Source of the DNA: Candidatus Latescibacterota bacterium
GTDB lineage: Bacteria; Latescibacterota; UBA2968; GCA-2709665
Direction: 5' to 3'
Length of the DNA stretch: 64,000 nucleotides
Assembly (NCBI GenBank): GCA_965222075.1
Contig: OZ244937.1
Coordinates: forward strand, 4,544,001 to 4,608,000
The position numbers and the translations under genes are program-made. Every line of letters begins with the position of its first letter. Positions within the stretch are counted from its first letter, which is position 1. The notes under the pieces were generated by a model. It saw only the letters and a program-made list of their open reading frames with translations. It had not been told where the DNA came from and did no database searches. Shown here in pieces: positions 30,765-40,906 of the stretch.

Positions 30765-31892
30765 TCATTCTTCGATGCGTTCCACATTCGCCCGGGGGAC
30801 GATCGCCCGGACGCCGTCTTCAAACTCGACTTCCAGCACACGTACCAGGGTTTCCGAGTCTACTTTTCGAAGCTTGGCAGGCAGCGCGGTGACCCGGCCG
30901 ATTTTTCCGAAATAGGGGGCCCGAATCGCCCGCAGCAGCGCACCTGGGGCGAGTCCTTCCCGGGCTGCTGCGATGTCTGCGGGAGGGCGTGCCAATCCGT
31001 CCGGGTCCGGGATGATGATTTCGGGGCGCAAGACACCCGCCCGGATCTGGGTGGCACCCGAGATCGAGGCCTCCTGTCCGACGCGCTCTTTGAGGATCTC
31101 GAAGGTTTTGCGGGCGATGGCGATTTCGCCGAATCCTTCGGTTACGATAACGGTGAGCCCGGTCTCCTCCGTGCCTGTGATCGCGACCCCCAGGTCGTAG
31201 CCGAGCAGGTCGCGCAGGTCCCGGTCGCGTATGCCCCCGCCGATGAGGCCGATGGCGCCTGTTTCCTGCGCCCGGCGAACGGCTTCGAGGGTGATCAGGC
31301 TCCCTCCGACGACGATTTTTCCCTCACAGGCGTCGTCGATCTGCTGTGCCCTCAGGATCTGGTCGGGCGCATCCACCACGGGGTGGAGCGTGCCCCAGCG
31401 CTCGCCTCCCACCCCGAAGATGCCCTGGAGAAACGCGCCGCTTGTTTCTATGACCACGCCTTCGCCGGGGATGATTTCCGAAACGGTTCCGTCGACATAG
31501 GCCCGGACCTGGACCGGGCGGGGCGATTCGCGGAGCATGACCTGGCCCGTGACGGGCGAGATGCTTTCCACGGTTCCGGAAACGGGGGACTCGACCGTTG
31601 TTTTGAACCATTTGACGAAGGGGTGGGTCTCGGCAAGGGGTTCCCCGGCCTCCACCGGGTCGCCCTCTTTTTTGAGCATATAGGACGAGAGTTCGTCGGG
31701 GGTGACGCCGAGCCGGTTGACCAGGTTCAGGGTGGTCACGTTTCCGGGCAGGTCGGTCCGGGCCACGACCTGGTCCCGCCGGACGGTTTCCCCCTGGGCA
31801 ACCAGCACATCGCCCGCAAGGGGGAGCTGCCGGCGTTTTCGGACGGTGGCCTGCCGGGTTACGCGCAGGCCGGGGGTGTATGCGTGGGCCAT
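30765..31892 (-). CDS. Conserved hypothetical soluble protein with barrel-sandwich-hybrid-like repeats and a KOW-like C-terminus
   Basis: MAHAYTPGLRV; GDVLVAQGETV, KKEGDPVEAGEPLA, ESPVSGTV, TEGFG, PYFGKIGRV, VPRANVE. Start at 31892. Confidence 0.85.
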   Translation of the reverse strand: MAHAYTPGLRVTRQATVRKRRQLPLAGDVLVAQGETVRRDQVVARTDLPGNVTTLNLVNRLGVTPDELSSYMLKKEGDPVEAGEPLAETHPFVKWFKTTVESPVSGTVESISPVTGQVMLRESPRPVQVRAYVDGTVSEIIPGEGVVIETSGAFLQGIFGVGGERWGTLHPVVDAPDQILRAQQIDDACEGKIVVGGSLITLEAVRRAQETGAIGLIGGGIRDRDLRDLLGYDLGVAITGTEETGLTVIVTEGFGEIAIARKTFEILKERVGQEASISGATQIRAGVLRPEIIIPDPDGLARPPADIAAAREGLAPGALLRAIRAPYFGKIGRVTALPAKLRKVDSETLVRVLEVEFEDGVRAIVPRANVERIEE

Positions 31893-32001
31893 AGTAGAAA
31901 ATGTGAAACGTGAAACCGTAGACGTGAAGGTTTGTTTTTGTAGGGATGAGCCCCCGTGTCCGTCCTGGTGGGGTGCGAGGGGCCGTTTGCCGTTTGCCGT
32001 T

Positions 32002-34053
32002 TCACTTTTCACATCCAGTATGTCGGTAGAGGTAACACCGGCAAGCGTGGGTATCCGAAAAGGCGTATTCCGGCGGATACTGCCGGTCGCATTCGTCCAT
32101 GCGGTCCGGACAGCGGGGGTGAAAATGACAGCCGACCGGGGGGTGGATCGGGGAGGGTACATCGCCGGTGAGCTGGATTTTTTCCACGCCTGTGTCGGGA
32201 TCAATCTGAGGGACGGCGGAGAGCAGGGCGCGCGTATAGGGATGTTTGGGGTTGTTGAAGATTTCGTCTTTGGCACCCCATTCCACGATGCGCCCCAGGT
32301 ACATGACGGCGACCTCATCCGCAAGGTAGGCCACCACTGAGAGGTCGTGTGTGATGAGCAGGTAGGTCAGGTCCAGGTCCGCCTGGAGCTTTTCCAGGAG
32401 GTTGATGATTTGCGCCTGTACCGAGACGTCCAGGGCGCTGGTGAGTTCGTCGCAGACGATGAACTCGGGATCAACGGCCAGGCACCGGGCGATGCCGATG
32501 CGCTGCCGCTGGCCCCCGGAGAATTCGTGAGGATAGCGGTGGACCATTTCGGGCGACAGTCCGACCTGTTCCATTAAGATCCGGGCCTTGTCCAGCCGGT
32601 CCTTCCGATTTTCACCGATGCCATGCGCTTCCATGCCTTCCATGAGGGTCTCGCCGACCATCATGCGGGGGTTCAGGGAGCTGAAGGGGTCTTGAAAGAC
32701 GATCTGGAGTTTCCGCCGGTAGGGTTTGAGGGCCGCGTGGGACAGTGTTGTGAGGTCCACGCCTCCGTATTCGACCGTGCCTCCGGTGGGCCTGAGGAGC
32801 TGGATGAGCGCTTTTCCCAGGGTGGTTTTGCCGCATCCGGATTCCCCTACCAGCGCCAGGGTGCGGCCTCTGCGAACCGTGAGATCCACGCTGTCTACCG
32901 CGCGGACATATCCGACGGTTCTCTTAAACAGTCCGCGTTTGATGGGGAACCAGAGTCTGACCCCGTGCGCGGCAACCAGGGGAGATGTTTCAGCATTCCG
33001 CTGTGCCCGCGCCCTTTTCGGGGGGGCTTCGCGGACTTCAGCCGGAGACACCGGCCGGCCCATGATCTGTTCGTCGTACAACAGGCAGGCCGCGTGGTGG
33101 CCGTTTTCCCGGGAGATGAGCTGGGGTTCCTGCATTTTGCAGATGTCCATCGTCCGGTGACACCGGTCCGCAAAACGGCAGCCAGGGGGGAACCGGGTGG
33201 CCCCGGGCACACGGCCCTCTATGGTCTGGAGGGCTTCGCCCTGTTTCTGGCGCGTGGGCAGCGATTGGAGCAGTTTAATGGTGTAGGGATGGGCGGGGTC
33301 GTGGAAGAGGGTTTTCCTGTCCGCTTCTTCCACGATTTTGCCGCCGTACATGACCGCGACGCGGTCCGCGTTTTCGGCCACGACGCCCAGGTCGTGGGTG
33401 ATGAGCAGAACGGCGGTTCCGAATTCATCCCGGAGGTCTCTGATCAGGGCCAGGATCTGTTCCTGGATGGTTACGTCTAAGGCGGTTGTGGGTTCGTCCG
33501 CGATGAGGAGGCCCGGGCGGCAGGCGAGGGCCATGGCGATCAGGACGCGCTGTTTCATGCCACCGGAGAGCTGGTGGGGGTATTCTCTGAACCGGAGGGC
33601 GGGTTCGGGGATTTTGACCATGTCCAGCATCCGAATGGTTCTGTCGCGCGCTTCGGCGCTGTCCACGCCCTGGTGCCGTTTTATGACTTCGACGATCTGG
33701 TTGCCCATGGTGAACACCGGGTTGAGGCTGGTCATGGGCTCCTGGAAGATCATGGAGATTTCGTTGCCACGCAGCTTGCGCTTCTCGATTTCGGGGATGC
33801 GGACGATGTCTTTGCCTTTGTATTCGATGGCGCCCCCTGCGATGAAGCCCGCGGGTTTCTGGATGAGCTGGATGGTGGAGAGCGCGGTGACGGTTTTGCC
33901 GCATCCAGACTCTCCCACCAGCGCAAGGATCTCGCCCCGGTGGATGTCAAACGACACGCCGTCCACCGCTTTTGCGATGCCTTCGGCCGTACGGAAATAG
34001 GTCTTGAGGTCTCGCACCCTGAGGAGCACGCCGTTGGAGGTTGTTTGCGCCAT
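32002..34053 (-). CDS. Fused double ABC ATPase (OppD-OppF type)
   Basis: Two GESGCGKT Walker A motifs, two signature motifs ([16 protein letters not shown]), and two Cys-rich HPY domains. Confidence 0.92.
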   Translation of the reverse strand: MAQTTSNGVLLRVRDLKTYFRTAEGIAKAVDGVSFDIHRGEILALVGESGCGKTVTALSTIQLIQKPAGFIAGGAIEYKGKDIVRIPEIEKRKLRGNEISMIFQEPMTSLNPVFTMGNQIVEVIKRHQGVDSAEARDRTIRMLDMVKIPEPALRFREYPHQLSGGMKQRVLIAMALACRPGLLIADEPTTALDVTIQEQILALIRDLRDEFGTAVLLITHDLGVVAENADRVAVMYGGKIVEEADRKTLFHDPAHPYTIKLLQSLPTRQKQGEALQTIEGRVPGATRFPPGCRFADRCHRTMDICKMQEPQLISRENGHHAACLLYDEQIMGRPVSPAEVREAPPKRARAQRNAETSPLVAAHGVRLWFPIKRGLFKRTVGYVRAVDSVDLTVRRGRTLALVGESGCGKTTLGKALIQLLRPTGGTVEYGGVDLTTLSHAALKPYRRKLQIVFQDPFSSLNPRMMVGETLMEGMEAHGIGENRKDRLDKARILMEQVGLSPEMVHRYPHEFSGGQRQRIGIARCLAVDPEFIVCDELTSALDVSVQAQIINLLEKLQADLDLTYLLITHDLSVVAYLADEVAVMYLGRIVEWGAKDEIFNNPKHPYTRALLSAVPQIDPDTGVEKIQLTGDVPSPIHPPVGCHFHPRCPDRMDECDRQYPPEYAFSDTHACRCYLYRHTGCEK

Positions 34054-34060
34054 ATGCCGA

Positions 34061-35482
34061 TTATTCCGTTCGCAGTCTGGGGTCCAGGGCATCCCGGACC
34101 GCGTCGCCGAAGATGTTGGCAGGCAGGACCAGCCCGAACATGAACACAAAGGCCGCAAGCAGGTTCCACCAGACGATAGGATCTCGCGATATTTCCAGGC
34201 GGGCAGCGTTGATCATGTTCCCCCAGCTTTCCATGGAAGGGTCCACGCCGATGCCGACATAGGCTAAGACCGCTTCGGCCAGGACCAGCCCGCTAAAACG
34301 CAGAATCACCGAGATCAGTACGATGTGCATGACATTGGGGAGGATGTGCCGGAACATGATTTTAAGGTGGCTCACGCCGAAGGCTTCCGAGGCCTGAATG
34401 TATTCGTTCTCCCGCACCTTGAGCGTTTCGCCCCGGATCAGGCGGCACAGCCCGGTCCAGCTTCCGATGCCGAGCACGGCGCAAAGCCAGGCCAGCCGGA
34501 TGTCGGAGGCATAGACCGTGTGCATCTGCTGGATTTTTGTGGTGACGATCAACATGGCCGCTGCGATGAGCAGGATGCCTGGAATCGAACTCAGGGTGGT
34601 GTAGATGTACTGGATCAGATCGTCCACCCGGCCTCCGAAATAGCCTGCCATGATCCCGAAGAGGATGGCCACCGGCGTGGCGATAAGCGTTGTCAGTGTG
34701 CCCACAACCAGGCCGACCCGACAGCCTTTGATCGCTCGAAAGAGGACGTCCCGTCCGACCTGGTCTGTACCCAGGAAGTGGTATTTGGCGGAGAGCACTG
34801 CCACGACCGAGACGACCAGCGCGGCGGCCCCCAGAAAGGCACCTGCCTTAAGGCCGGTCCGGAGGGCGGAAGAGAGGGATAGGCTTCCCTCCGGAGCAAC
34901 CCATCCGAGGTGAACATATCCTGCGTATACGCCTGCGGTCAGACCGGCCAGCAGAATGCCGATTCCCAGGCCGGCCAGGATGCCTCTCAGGGTCAGCCCC
35001 AGGATGTCCCGGGTCTTTTCGTCCGGGTTTTGCAGGTGGCTGCCGCCATAGGCTAAGGGCGGGTAATCTCTTATCCGGGAGCCGTCTTTCCGCTCGATCA
35101 GTTCTTTGGTAAACTGCCGGGTTGCGAACGGAGCGGAGAAGGTTTTTTCCGTGCGACCTCTCAGGCCGGTGCAGAAGAGGTCGAGGAGGGAGAGGATTTC
35201 CGCCCGGTAAGCCGGGCACCCGCCCGCCGTTACCTGCGCCTCACCGCCTTCCGCATAGGCCCGCTGCTGAAAATGGACGGAGTCGAGTAGTGCGACCAAG
35301 GTATAGAGCAGCACGATTCCCATGCAGACCATAGGCAGCCGCCTGGATCTGATCTGCCGCCAGGCCGTTTTGTAGTACTCCCGCCTACGGGCAAAGGACA
35401 GAAATCCGATTCCGCTCAGGACGAGCAGGAAGACCAGAATGTCTGTGGTGAGGAAGACGAGTTTGAATTTGCTGAAGGTCAT
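34061..35482 (-). CDS. oppC: Peptide ABC transporter permease (OppC type)
   Basis: HFLGTDQVGRDV, EYIQASEAFG, RHILPN, GDAVRDALDPR. Confidence 0.9.
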   Translation of the reverse strand: MTFSKFKLVFLTTDILVFLLVLSGIGFLSFARRREYYKTAWRQIRSRRLPMVCMGIVLLYTLVALLDSVHFQQRAYAEGGEAQVTAGGCPAYRAEILSLLDLFCTGLRGRTEKTFSAPFATRQFTKELIERKDGSRIRDYPPLAYGGSHLQNPDEKTRDILGLTLRGILAGLGIGILLAGLTAGVYAGYVHLGWVAPEGSLSLSSALRTGLKAGAFLGAAALVVSVVAVLSAKYHFLGTDQVGRDVLFRAIKGCRVGLVVGTLTTLIATPVAILFGIMAGYFGGRVDDLIQYIYTTLSSIPGILLIAAAMLIVTTKIQQMHTVYASDIRLAWLCAVLGIGSWTGLCRLIRGETLKVRENEYIQASEAFGVSHLKIMFRHILPNVMHIVLISVILRFSGLVLAEAVLAYVGIGVDPSMESWGNMINAARLEISRDPIVWWNLLAAFVFMFGLVLPANIFGDAVRDALDPRLRTE

Positions 35483-35494
35483 GGTTTAAAAAAT

Positions 35495-35562
35495 GTGAAA
35501 CGTCCCCACACATCACCTCCCGGAAGCCGAACCCAGGGTTTTGGGGTAGGGTGGATGGGTCG
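35495..35562 (+). repeat. Dispersed repeat family B, copy 1
   Basis: 59/68 identical to the reverse complement of 45005-45072. Confidence 0.85.
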
Positions 35563-35586
35563 TTTGCGGTTTGCGGTTTCTCGTTT

Positions 35587-36906
35587 TCACTCAAATCGAA
35601 TCCTGGGATCGACCAGGGTGTAGGATATGTCCGTCAGGATCAGGCCCAGGATGTAGAGGCCGGAGCCGAGGAAGACCATGGCCTGGACAATGGTGAAATC
35701 CTGCCGCTGGATCGCCTCCAAGGTAAAACTACCCATGCCGGGAATGGAGAAGAACGATTCCAGGACCAGGCTGCCGATGAAGAGGAACGGGATCATCACG
35801 ACGACTCCCGTCAGGACGGGGATCATCGCGTTTTTGAGCGCGTGCTTGAACAGGACCAGGGATTCGGGCAGTCCTTTGGCGCGGGCGGTGCGGATGTAGT
35901 CCTGGCCGATCTCTTCCAGGAAGATGGTGCGATACCACCGCACGCCCCCTCCTATGCCGCCAAGGATGCCGATGACCACGGGCAGGGCGACGAATTTGGC
36001 CGCGTAGATGCCGGTATCGTAGCCGGACACCGGGACGAGGCGCAGCATTTTGCCAAATAGCCACTGGCCGCCGATGACGTAGAACAGAACCGAAACCGAC
36101 ATCATGACCACGCACGCGAATACGCCCCAGAAGTCGAGGTACGTGCCCCGATAGAAGGCGATGATCATTGCAGCGGTGATGTTGATCAGGATACCGATTA
36201 GAAAGGTGGGCGTCGTGATGGCCAGGCTGGGTCCGATGCGTTTGAGAATTTCGTCTCCGATGTTGCGGCCATCGTCGGACTTGCCAAACTGGAATGTAAG
36301 AAATTTGATCGATTTTTTCCAGAAGACGGTTTCCGTAATCCGGGAGATAAGCGAGAGATTCTCTTTGTAGAAGATGTGCACAACGGCCATCGGCGCGCCT
36401 TCCGACGGGGTTGCGGTGAGGCTCAAGAGGTGGTATTGCCGGTCTGCCTGGAGGCGCTCCAGCTGGAATTGCAGCTCACCGCGTGTGGTGCTGTGCAGAT
36501 CGAACCGCAGGGTTTTCTTATCCCCGAACGACGGAGGGAGCGCCAGGGCGGCGGTCGAGTCGGTGGCGATGGTCAGGTCCAGGGCGCCATCGGCGGGTTT
36601 GGGGATGTCGATTCGGATCGTATAAGCGCCCGCCAGTTGCGCAGGGAGGCTCAGTTCGACGGGCGCGCCGCTGACCTGACGAACGACGACTTCCGACCAG
36701 CCGGTGTTGTAGAAATAGGGTAGATGATAATCGCGCTCACGTTTCCACTTTGCGATCTGCTCTTCGGTCACCCGTTTGACGCCCAGGTGGATGCGTGCCA
36801 TGTCGTCGGGGGTATTGACGAAGAAGAAGAGGATAAAGGTGACGAGGTTGACACCGATCAGGATCGGAATCGCGTAGAGGATCCGGCGTATGATGTAGGT
36901 TGTCAT
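35587..36906 (-). CDS. oppB: Peptide ABC transporter permease (OppB type) with periplasmic insertion
   Basis: YIIRRIL, DYIRTARAKGL, KHALKNA, DISYTLVDPRI. Confidence 0.9.
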   Translation of the reverse strand: MTTYIIRRILYAIPILIGVNLVTFILFFFVNTPDDMARIHLGVKRVTEEQIAKWKRERDYHLPYFYNTGWSEVVVRQVSGAPVELSLPAQLAGAYTIRIDIPKPADGALDLTIATDSTAALALPPSFGDKKTLRFDLHSTTRGELQFQLERLQADRQYHLLSLTATPSEGAPMAVVHIFYKENLSLISRITETVFWKKSIKFLTFQFGKSDDGRNIGDEILKRIGPSLAITTPTFLIGILINITAAMIIAFYRGTYLDFWGVFACVVMMSVSVLFYVIGGQWLFGKMLRLVPVSGYDTGIYAAKFVALPVVIGILGGIGGGVRWYRTIFLEEIGQDYIRTARAKGLPESLVLFKHALKNAMIPVLTGVVVMIPFLFIGSLVLESFFSIPGMGSFTLEAIQRQDFTIVQAMVFLGSGLYILGLILTDISYTLVDPRIRFE

Positions 36907-39110
36907 AGGCCTTCGACTCCTCTTTCACGCTTCCAGACCGCGACGACGGCGGGGACCGCTCCCACGGCCAGAAGGGCGAAGGTCAGGACGACCGGCCACC
37001 AGATGGGTTTGTTCCACTCCCGGCGCCGCTTTTCCCTCAGTTCAGGATCCAGCTTTTTGTATTTGAGGGTGTTCATTCCCATCGTCATCGGTTTGGTATT
37101 GGTATACCATTCGTGGTAGAGGCCGAAGGAGACGGGATGATAGCCCCAGAGCCAAGGCGCATCCTGCCGCGCGATCTCCAGCATCCTGTCGAGAAGCTCC
37201 ATCCGCTCCGGACCGTTTTGCATCGACTCTACCTGCTCGAAGAGGCGGTTGAACTCCGGGTTGTCGTAGTTGTTGTGGTTTGCGCCTCCGTATTTTACCT
37301 GCCCGTTGGGACCATAGAGCAGAAAGAGGAAGTTTTCCGGATCGGGATAGTCCGCGTGCCAGCCCCAGAAAATGATCTGAAAGTTTCCGTTTTTGACTTT
37401 GTCCCGGAAACGGTTGTAGTCAGTTTGGCGGATTTGAAGGTCCACGTTCAACTTGCTGAATTGCTTGCGCAGCCAGTCCAGCCTGGGTTTTGCCGCAGCT
37501 CCGGTCCATGCGGTGTCAAAATAGAGCACCAGAGAGTTGGCGTTCCTGTCCTTTCCGTCCGGATAGCCCGCTTCCGCCAGCAATTTCCTGGCAAATTCAA
37601 TCGATTTGCGAGACGGCCTGTTCTTGACCTCGTCCCATTCATAGACGAATCGGTTGGTCCCGTCCTTTCCGGTCCGGTAGCCGAATATCCCCGGCGGCAG
37701 CAGGTCCTGGGCCGGAAGGCCCCGGCCGTTGAGGAAAATCTGGATCCATTCTTCTATGTCCAGGGCGATGGAGAGGGCCTGCCGGAGTTTTTGCCTGTTT
37801 TCCGTATACCCGCCGACAACATCGTCCAGCATGTTGAAGGCGAAGTAAAATGTGGTCGGGTACGCGGCCCTTGCCAGACGCACTCCCCGCGCCTGCAGCC
37901 TGTCGGACAGTTCCAGTCCTGCCTCATCCATCTGGACCGCCTGGTCGAACACTTCTGTCATGATTCCGGAGGATTCATAATAGCCCTGGAGGAATTTGCT
38001 CCAACGGGGAATCGCCTCTTTCTCCAGCTTGTAGATTGCCTTTTCAATAAACGGGAGCGGCCGGCCGGCGTCTGCCAGGAGGCCGAGTTCACGGTCTTCC
38101 GGTTCTCCATCATCGGGATAGTGTTCCCGGCGGAAGTTGGCGTTTTTGACCATAACGATCTCTTTGTTGGGAAGGAATCGGTCCATTCTGTACGGTCCGG
38201 TTCCCAGCGGGCGGTTGTCGAGGCTCAGGTTTAGCTTGACGAGGGGTGCCTGGGTGAAAAAGCGGTCCGCCTCTCTGGGAAGGGGCGAAAAGAAGGGCAT
38301 GGCCATCCATAAGATAAACTGCGGGTACTTTCGCTTGAGCATGACCTGATAGGTGTGTCTGTCAATGGCGCGCACCCCCTTCAGATCGAAACGATCCAGG
38401 TCCAGCCAGATGGGATTTTCCCGCTCGTCGTTCTCCTGGTTGTAGAGCGCGCCTTTGGCTTTTTTCCGTTCGGAGCGGATGCGAGACAGTTCGCCTCCCA
38501 ACGCCTGGGCGAGTTCATCCAGGCCCAGGATGTACTTGGCCATTGTGCTGAAGATAGGGGATTGGACTCTGGGGTGAGCCAGACGCTTGATCTGGTAGAC
38601 ATAATCGGCCGCCGTCAGTTCCTGCGTTCCCTTTAAAGGGAAGTCACCGATGTCGGTGATTCCCAGCATCTCCCCCTCGGTCAGGTTGTGGTAGGCATAC
38701 TGTCCGGCTTCGGTTCTGGCAAAGCAGGGATGATCCTGGTAGAAGATGGACGGCCTGATGCGCACCGTGTATACCGTCCGGTCGACCTTTTCCGGAGGGG
38801 GATCTCCGGGAAGCGCTTTTCCCTCCTTATCGTAGTAGGTCGGGTGAGGAATCTCTTCTGACGTTAGAGGGATCAGTTCATACGGCCGTTTTAAGTAGTG
38901 GTACTGGAGCGGCGGTTCATAGATTTGCTGGATGAAGTGGTATTCGCCGGATGAATACGATACGGCCGGGTCCAGGTGTTTGGGCGGCTCGGAGAATGTG
39001 CTGTAAAGGTAGTTCTTGCCGGCCTCTTCCCGGCGGTAGGGGTTGTTGGTACACGATGGAGAGGACAGCAGCAGGACCAATAGCCAGATGAGATAAGAGG
39101 CCGATTTCAC
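36903..39110 (-). CDS. oppA: Family 5 (peptide) ABC substrate-binding lipoprotein with C-terminal TM
   Basis: Lipobox-like SPSC; PKHLDPA, GTGPYRM, GWHADYPDPENFL; hydrophobic C-terminal helix. GTG at 39110 is the likely start. Confidence 0.88.
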   Translation of the reverse strand: MKSASYLIWLLVLLLSSPSCTNNPYRREEAGKNYLYSTFSEPPKHLDPAVSYSSGEYHFIQQIYEPPLQYHYLKRPYELIPLTSEEIPHPTYYDKEGKALPGDPPPEKVDRTVYTVRIRPSIFYQDHPCFARTEAGQYAYHNLTEGEMLGITDIGDFPLKGTQELTAADYVYQIKRLAHPRVQSPIFSTMAKYILGLDELAQALGGELSRIRSERKKAKGALYNQENDERENPIWLDLDRFDLKGVRAIDRHTYQVMLKRKYPQFILWMAMPFFSPLPREADRFFTQAPLVKLNLSLDNRPLGTGPYRMDRFLPNKEIVMVKNANFRREHYPDDGEPEDRELGLLADAGRPLPFIEKAIYKLEKEAIPRWSKFLQGYYESSGIMTEVFDQAVQMDEAGLELSDRLQARGVRLARAAYPTTFYFAFNMLDDVVGGYTENRQKLRQALSIALDIEEWIQIFLNGRGLPAQDLLPPGIFGYRTGKDGTNRFVYEWDEVKNRPSRKSIEFARKLLAEAGYPDGKDRNANSLVLYFDTAWTGAAAKPRLDWLRKQFSKLNVDLQIRQTDYNRFRDKVKNGNFQIIFWGWHADYPDPENFLFLLYGPNGQVKYGGANHNNYDNPEFNRLFEQVESMQNGPERMELLDRMLEIARQDAPWLWGYHPVSFGLYHEWYTNTKPMTMGMNTLKYKKLDPELREKRRREWNKPIWWPVVLTFALLAVGAVPAVVAVWKRERGVEGL

Positions 39111-39112
39111 GG

Positions 39113-40906
39113 TTACGCTCCGTACGGATACAAGTCCAGCGCTCTGTTCCACTCGATCATTCGCTCCACCCGCTCCTCTGTGTCCTCAGGGAAGGCGATG
39201 GGCCGGCCCCGGCCGTCCAGAATCAGGCCCGCCACGCCGCCTTTCACGGTTGTACGCAGTTCCTGTCCCTGTCCTGCGCCCGCATCCCACCGCCGGGCAG
39301 GCTGGAGACTTATTTCGGCATCGGCGCTGTCGGGCAGGGGGAAGAGGCGCAGGTCGCCTACGTTCAGGTCTCCCGATTGGGTCCCGTCGGGCAGGGTGAT
39401 TTCGTAGGTTGTACAGACTTCTCCCGGTTTTCCCTGGCCAACCGGGGCGACGCAGGTTCCAAGGGTGATGAGGCAGTCCCGGTCGAAGACTTCAGCGGCG
39501 GCCTGTTCGTTTACGGTGGAGAGGACGCCGAGGTGGGGCATCATGAAGATGCTGTCCACGGCTAAGCGGGTGACGCCTTCGGGCTGGAAGGCGTCGACGA
39601 GCATGGCGGCGGCCTGCACCCGGCGGGGGGCGTGGGAGAGCACGCCGCCGCTGCCGACGAGCACATCGAGGTCGCGCATTTGAATGAGGCTCTCGCCGGT
39701 TTCGGTCTGGTCGAAGACATCGGAGAGGGTGCGTTCGGTCTGCACGCCTTTCAATCCGACGGCCAGGGCGCAGTGCTGGGCGAAGGCGAGGCGGAGGGCC
39801 TCCCGGGCGATGGCCTGTTCCATCTGGAGTTCCTCCAGAGTCTGGGGGACCGTGGTGGGGCGGATCATTTTGTTTTTGATGCGGTCCCTCAGGTCGGCCT
39901 CGTGGATGCGGAAGGGCACCCAGCGCATGATGGTTTCCAGTCCGGCTTCGGCCAGGACGTTGGAGATGCTGTAGGACATGCCCAGATTGGCGCTGACGGT
40001 CCGGTTGAAGACCTCGTCGAAGACGCTGAAGACATCGGTGGTGGCCCCGCCGATGTCAACGCCGATGAGGTTGATGTTCTGCTGCCGGGCGACGGTTTGC
40101 ATGATAAGCCCGACCGCGCCGGGAGTGGGCATGATGGGAGCGCCGGCCCATTCCATGAGCTTTCGATAGCCGGGTGCCTGCGCCATGACGTGTTCGAGAA
40201 AGAGGTCGTGGATGACCTGCCGCGCCGGGCCCAGGGTTTCCTGTTCGAGCCGGGGGCGGATGTTATCGGTGAGGGTGAGCGCGGTTTTACTTCCCAATAC
40301 CTTTTGAATGCTTTCACGGGCGTCTTTGTTCCCTGCGTAGATCACGGGGAGTTGAAATCCGGTCCCGAACCTGGGCTTGGGGTCGGCGGCGGCGATGAAT
40401 TCAGCGAGTTCGACGACGTGGCTGACCGTTCCCCCGTCGGTTCCACCCGAGAGGAGGACCATGTCGGGCCTCAGGTGGCGGATGCGCTCGATTTTCTGGT
40501 GGGGCTGGCGGCCGTCGTTGGAGGCCAGGACGTCCATGACAATGGCCCCGGCGCCCAGGGCCGCGCGCTGTGCGCTTGCTCCGGTCATGGATTGGACCAC
40601 GCCGGCGACCATCATCTGGAGGCCCCCCCCGGCGCTGCTGGTGGAGATATAGATATCGACGCCGCAGTCGCCCCCGGCGGGGGTGAAGATGCGCTCGCCA
40701 TCCAAGATCTTGCGCCCCGAGAGTTCCTCTACTTCCTGGATAGCGTTGAGCACTCCCCGGGTGACGTCCTCGAAGGGGGCTTCCACGGTGGTAGGGGCCT
40801 CCCCTCGGCAGGTCTGGCGGTAGACGTCTCCGACTTTCTCGATGAGGATGGCCTTGGTGGTGGTGCTGCCGCAGTCGGTGGCGATAACGACGTTCAGGTT
40901 ATCCAT
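39113..40906 (-). CDS. glmL: GlmL (glutamate mutase L)-family ASKHA ATPase
   Basis: TDCGSTTTK, TSSAGGGL, LSGGTDGG, MPTPGAV, VDIGGATTDVFS, RTVSANLGM, GSGGVLSH. Confidence 0.85.
   Translation of the reverse strand: MDNLNVVIATDCGSTTTKAILIEKVGDVYRQTCRGEAPTTVEAPFEDVTRGVLNAIQEVEELSGRKILDGERIFTPAGGDCGVDIYISTSSAGGGLQMMVAGVVQSMTGASAQRAALGAGAIVMDVLASNDGRQPHQKIERIRHLRPDMVLLSGGTDGGTVSHVVELAEFIAAADPKPRFGTGFQLPVIYAGNKDARESIQKVLGSKTALTLTDNIRPRLEQETLGPARQVIHDLFLEHVMAQAPGYRKLMEWAGAPIMPTPGAVGLIMQTVARQQNINLIGVDIGGATTDVFSVFDEVFNRTVSANLGMSYSISNVLAEAGLETIMRWVPFRIHEADLRDRIKNKMIRPTTVPQTLEELQMEQAIAREALRLAFAQHCALAVGLKGVQTERTLSDVFDQTETGESLIQMRDLDVLVGSGGVLSHAPRRVQAAAMLVDAFQPEGVTRLAVDSIFMMPHLGVLSTVNEQAAAEVFDRDCLITLGTCVAPVGQGKPGEVCTTYEITLPDGTQSGDLNVGDLRLFPLPDSADAEISLQPARRWDAGAGQGQELRTTVKGGVAGLILDGRGRPIAFPEDTEERVERMIEWNRALDLYPYGA

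Noticed and set aside
39113-40906. Possible DNA mismatch-repair MutL
   Set aside because: Name collision only. The motifs are ASKHA/GlmL, not the GHKL ATPase of repair MutL.
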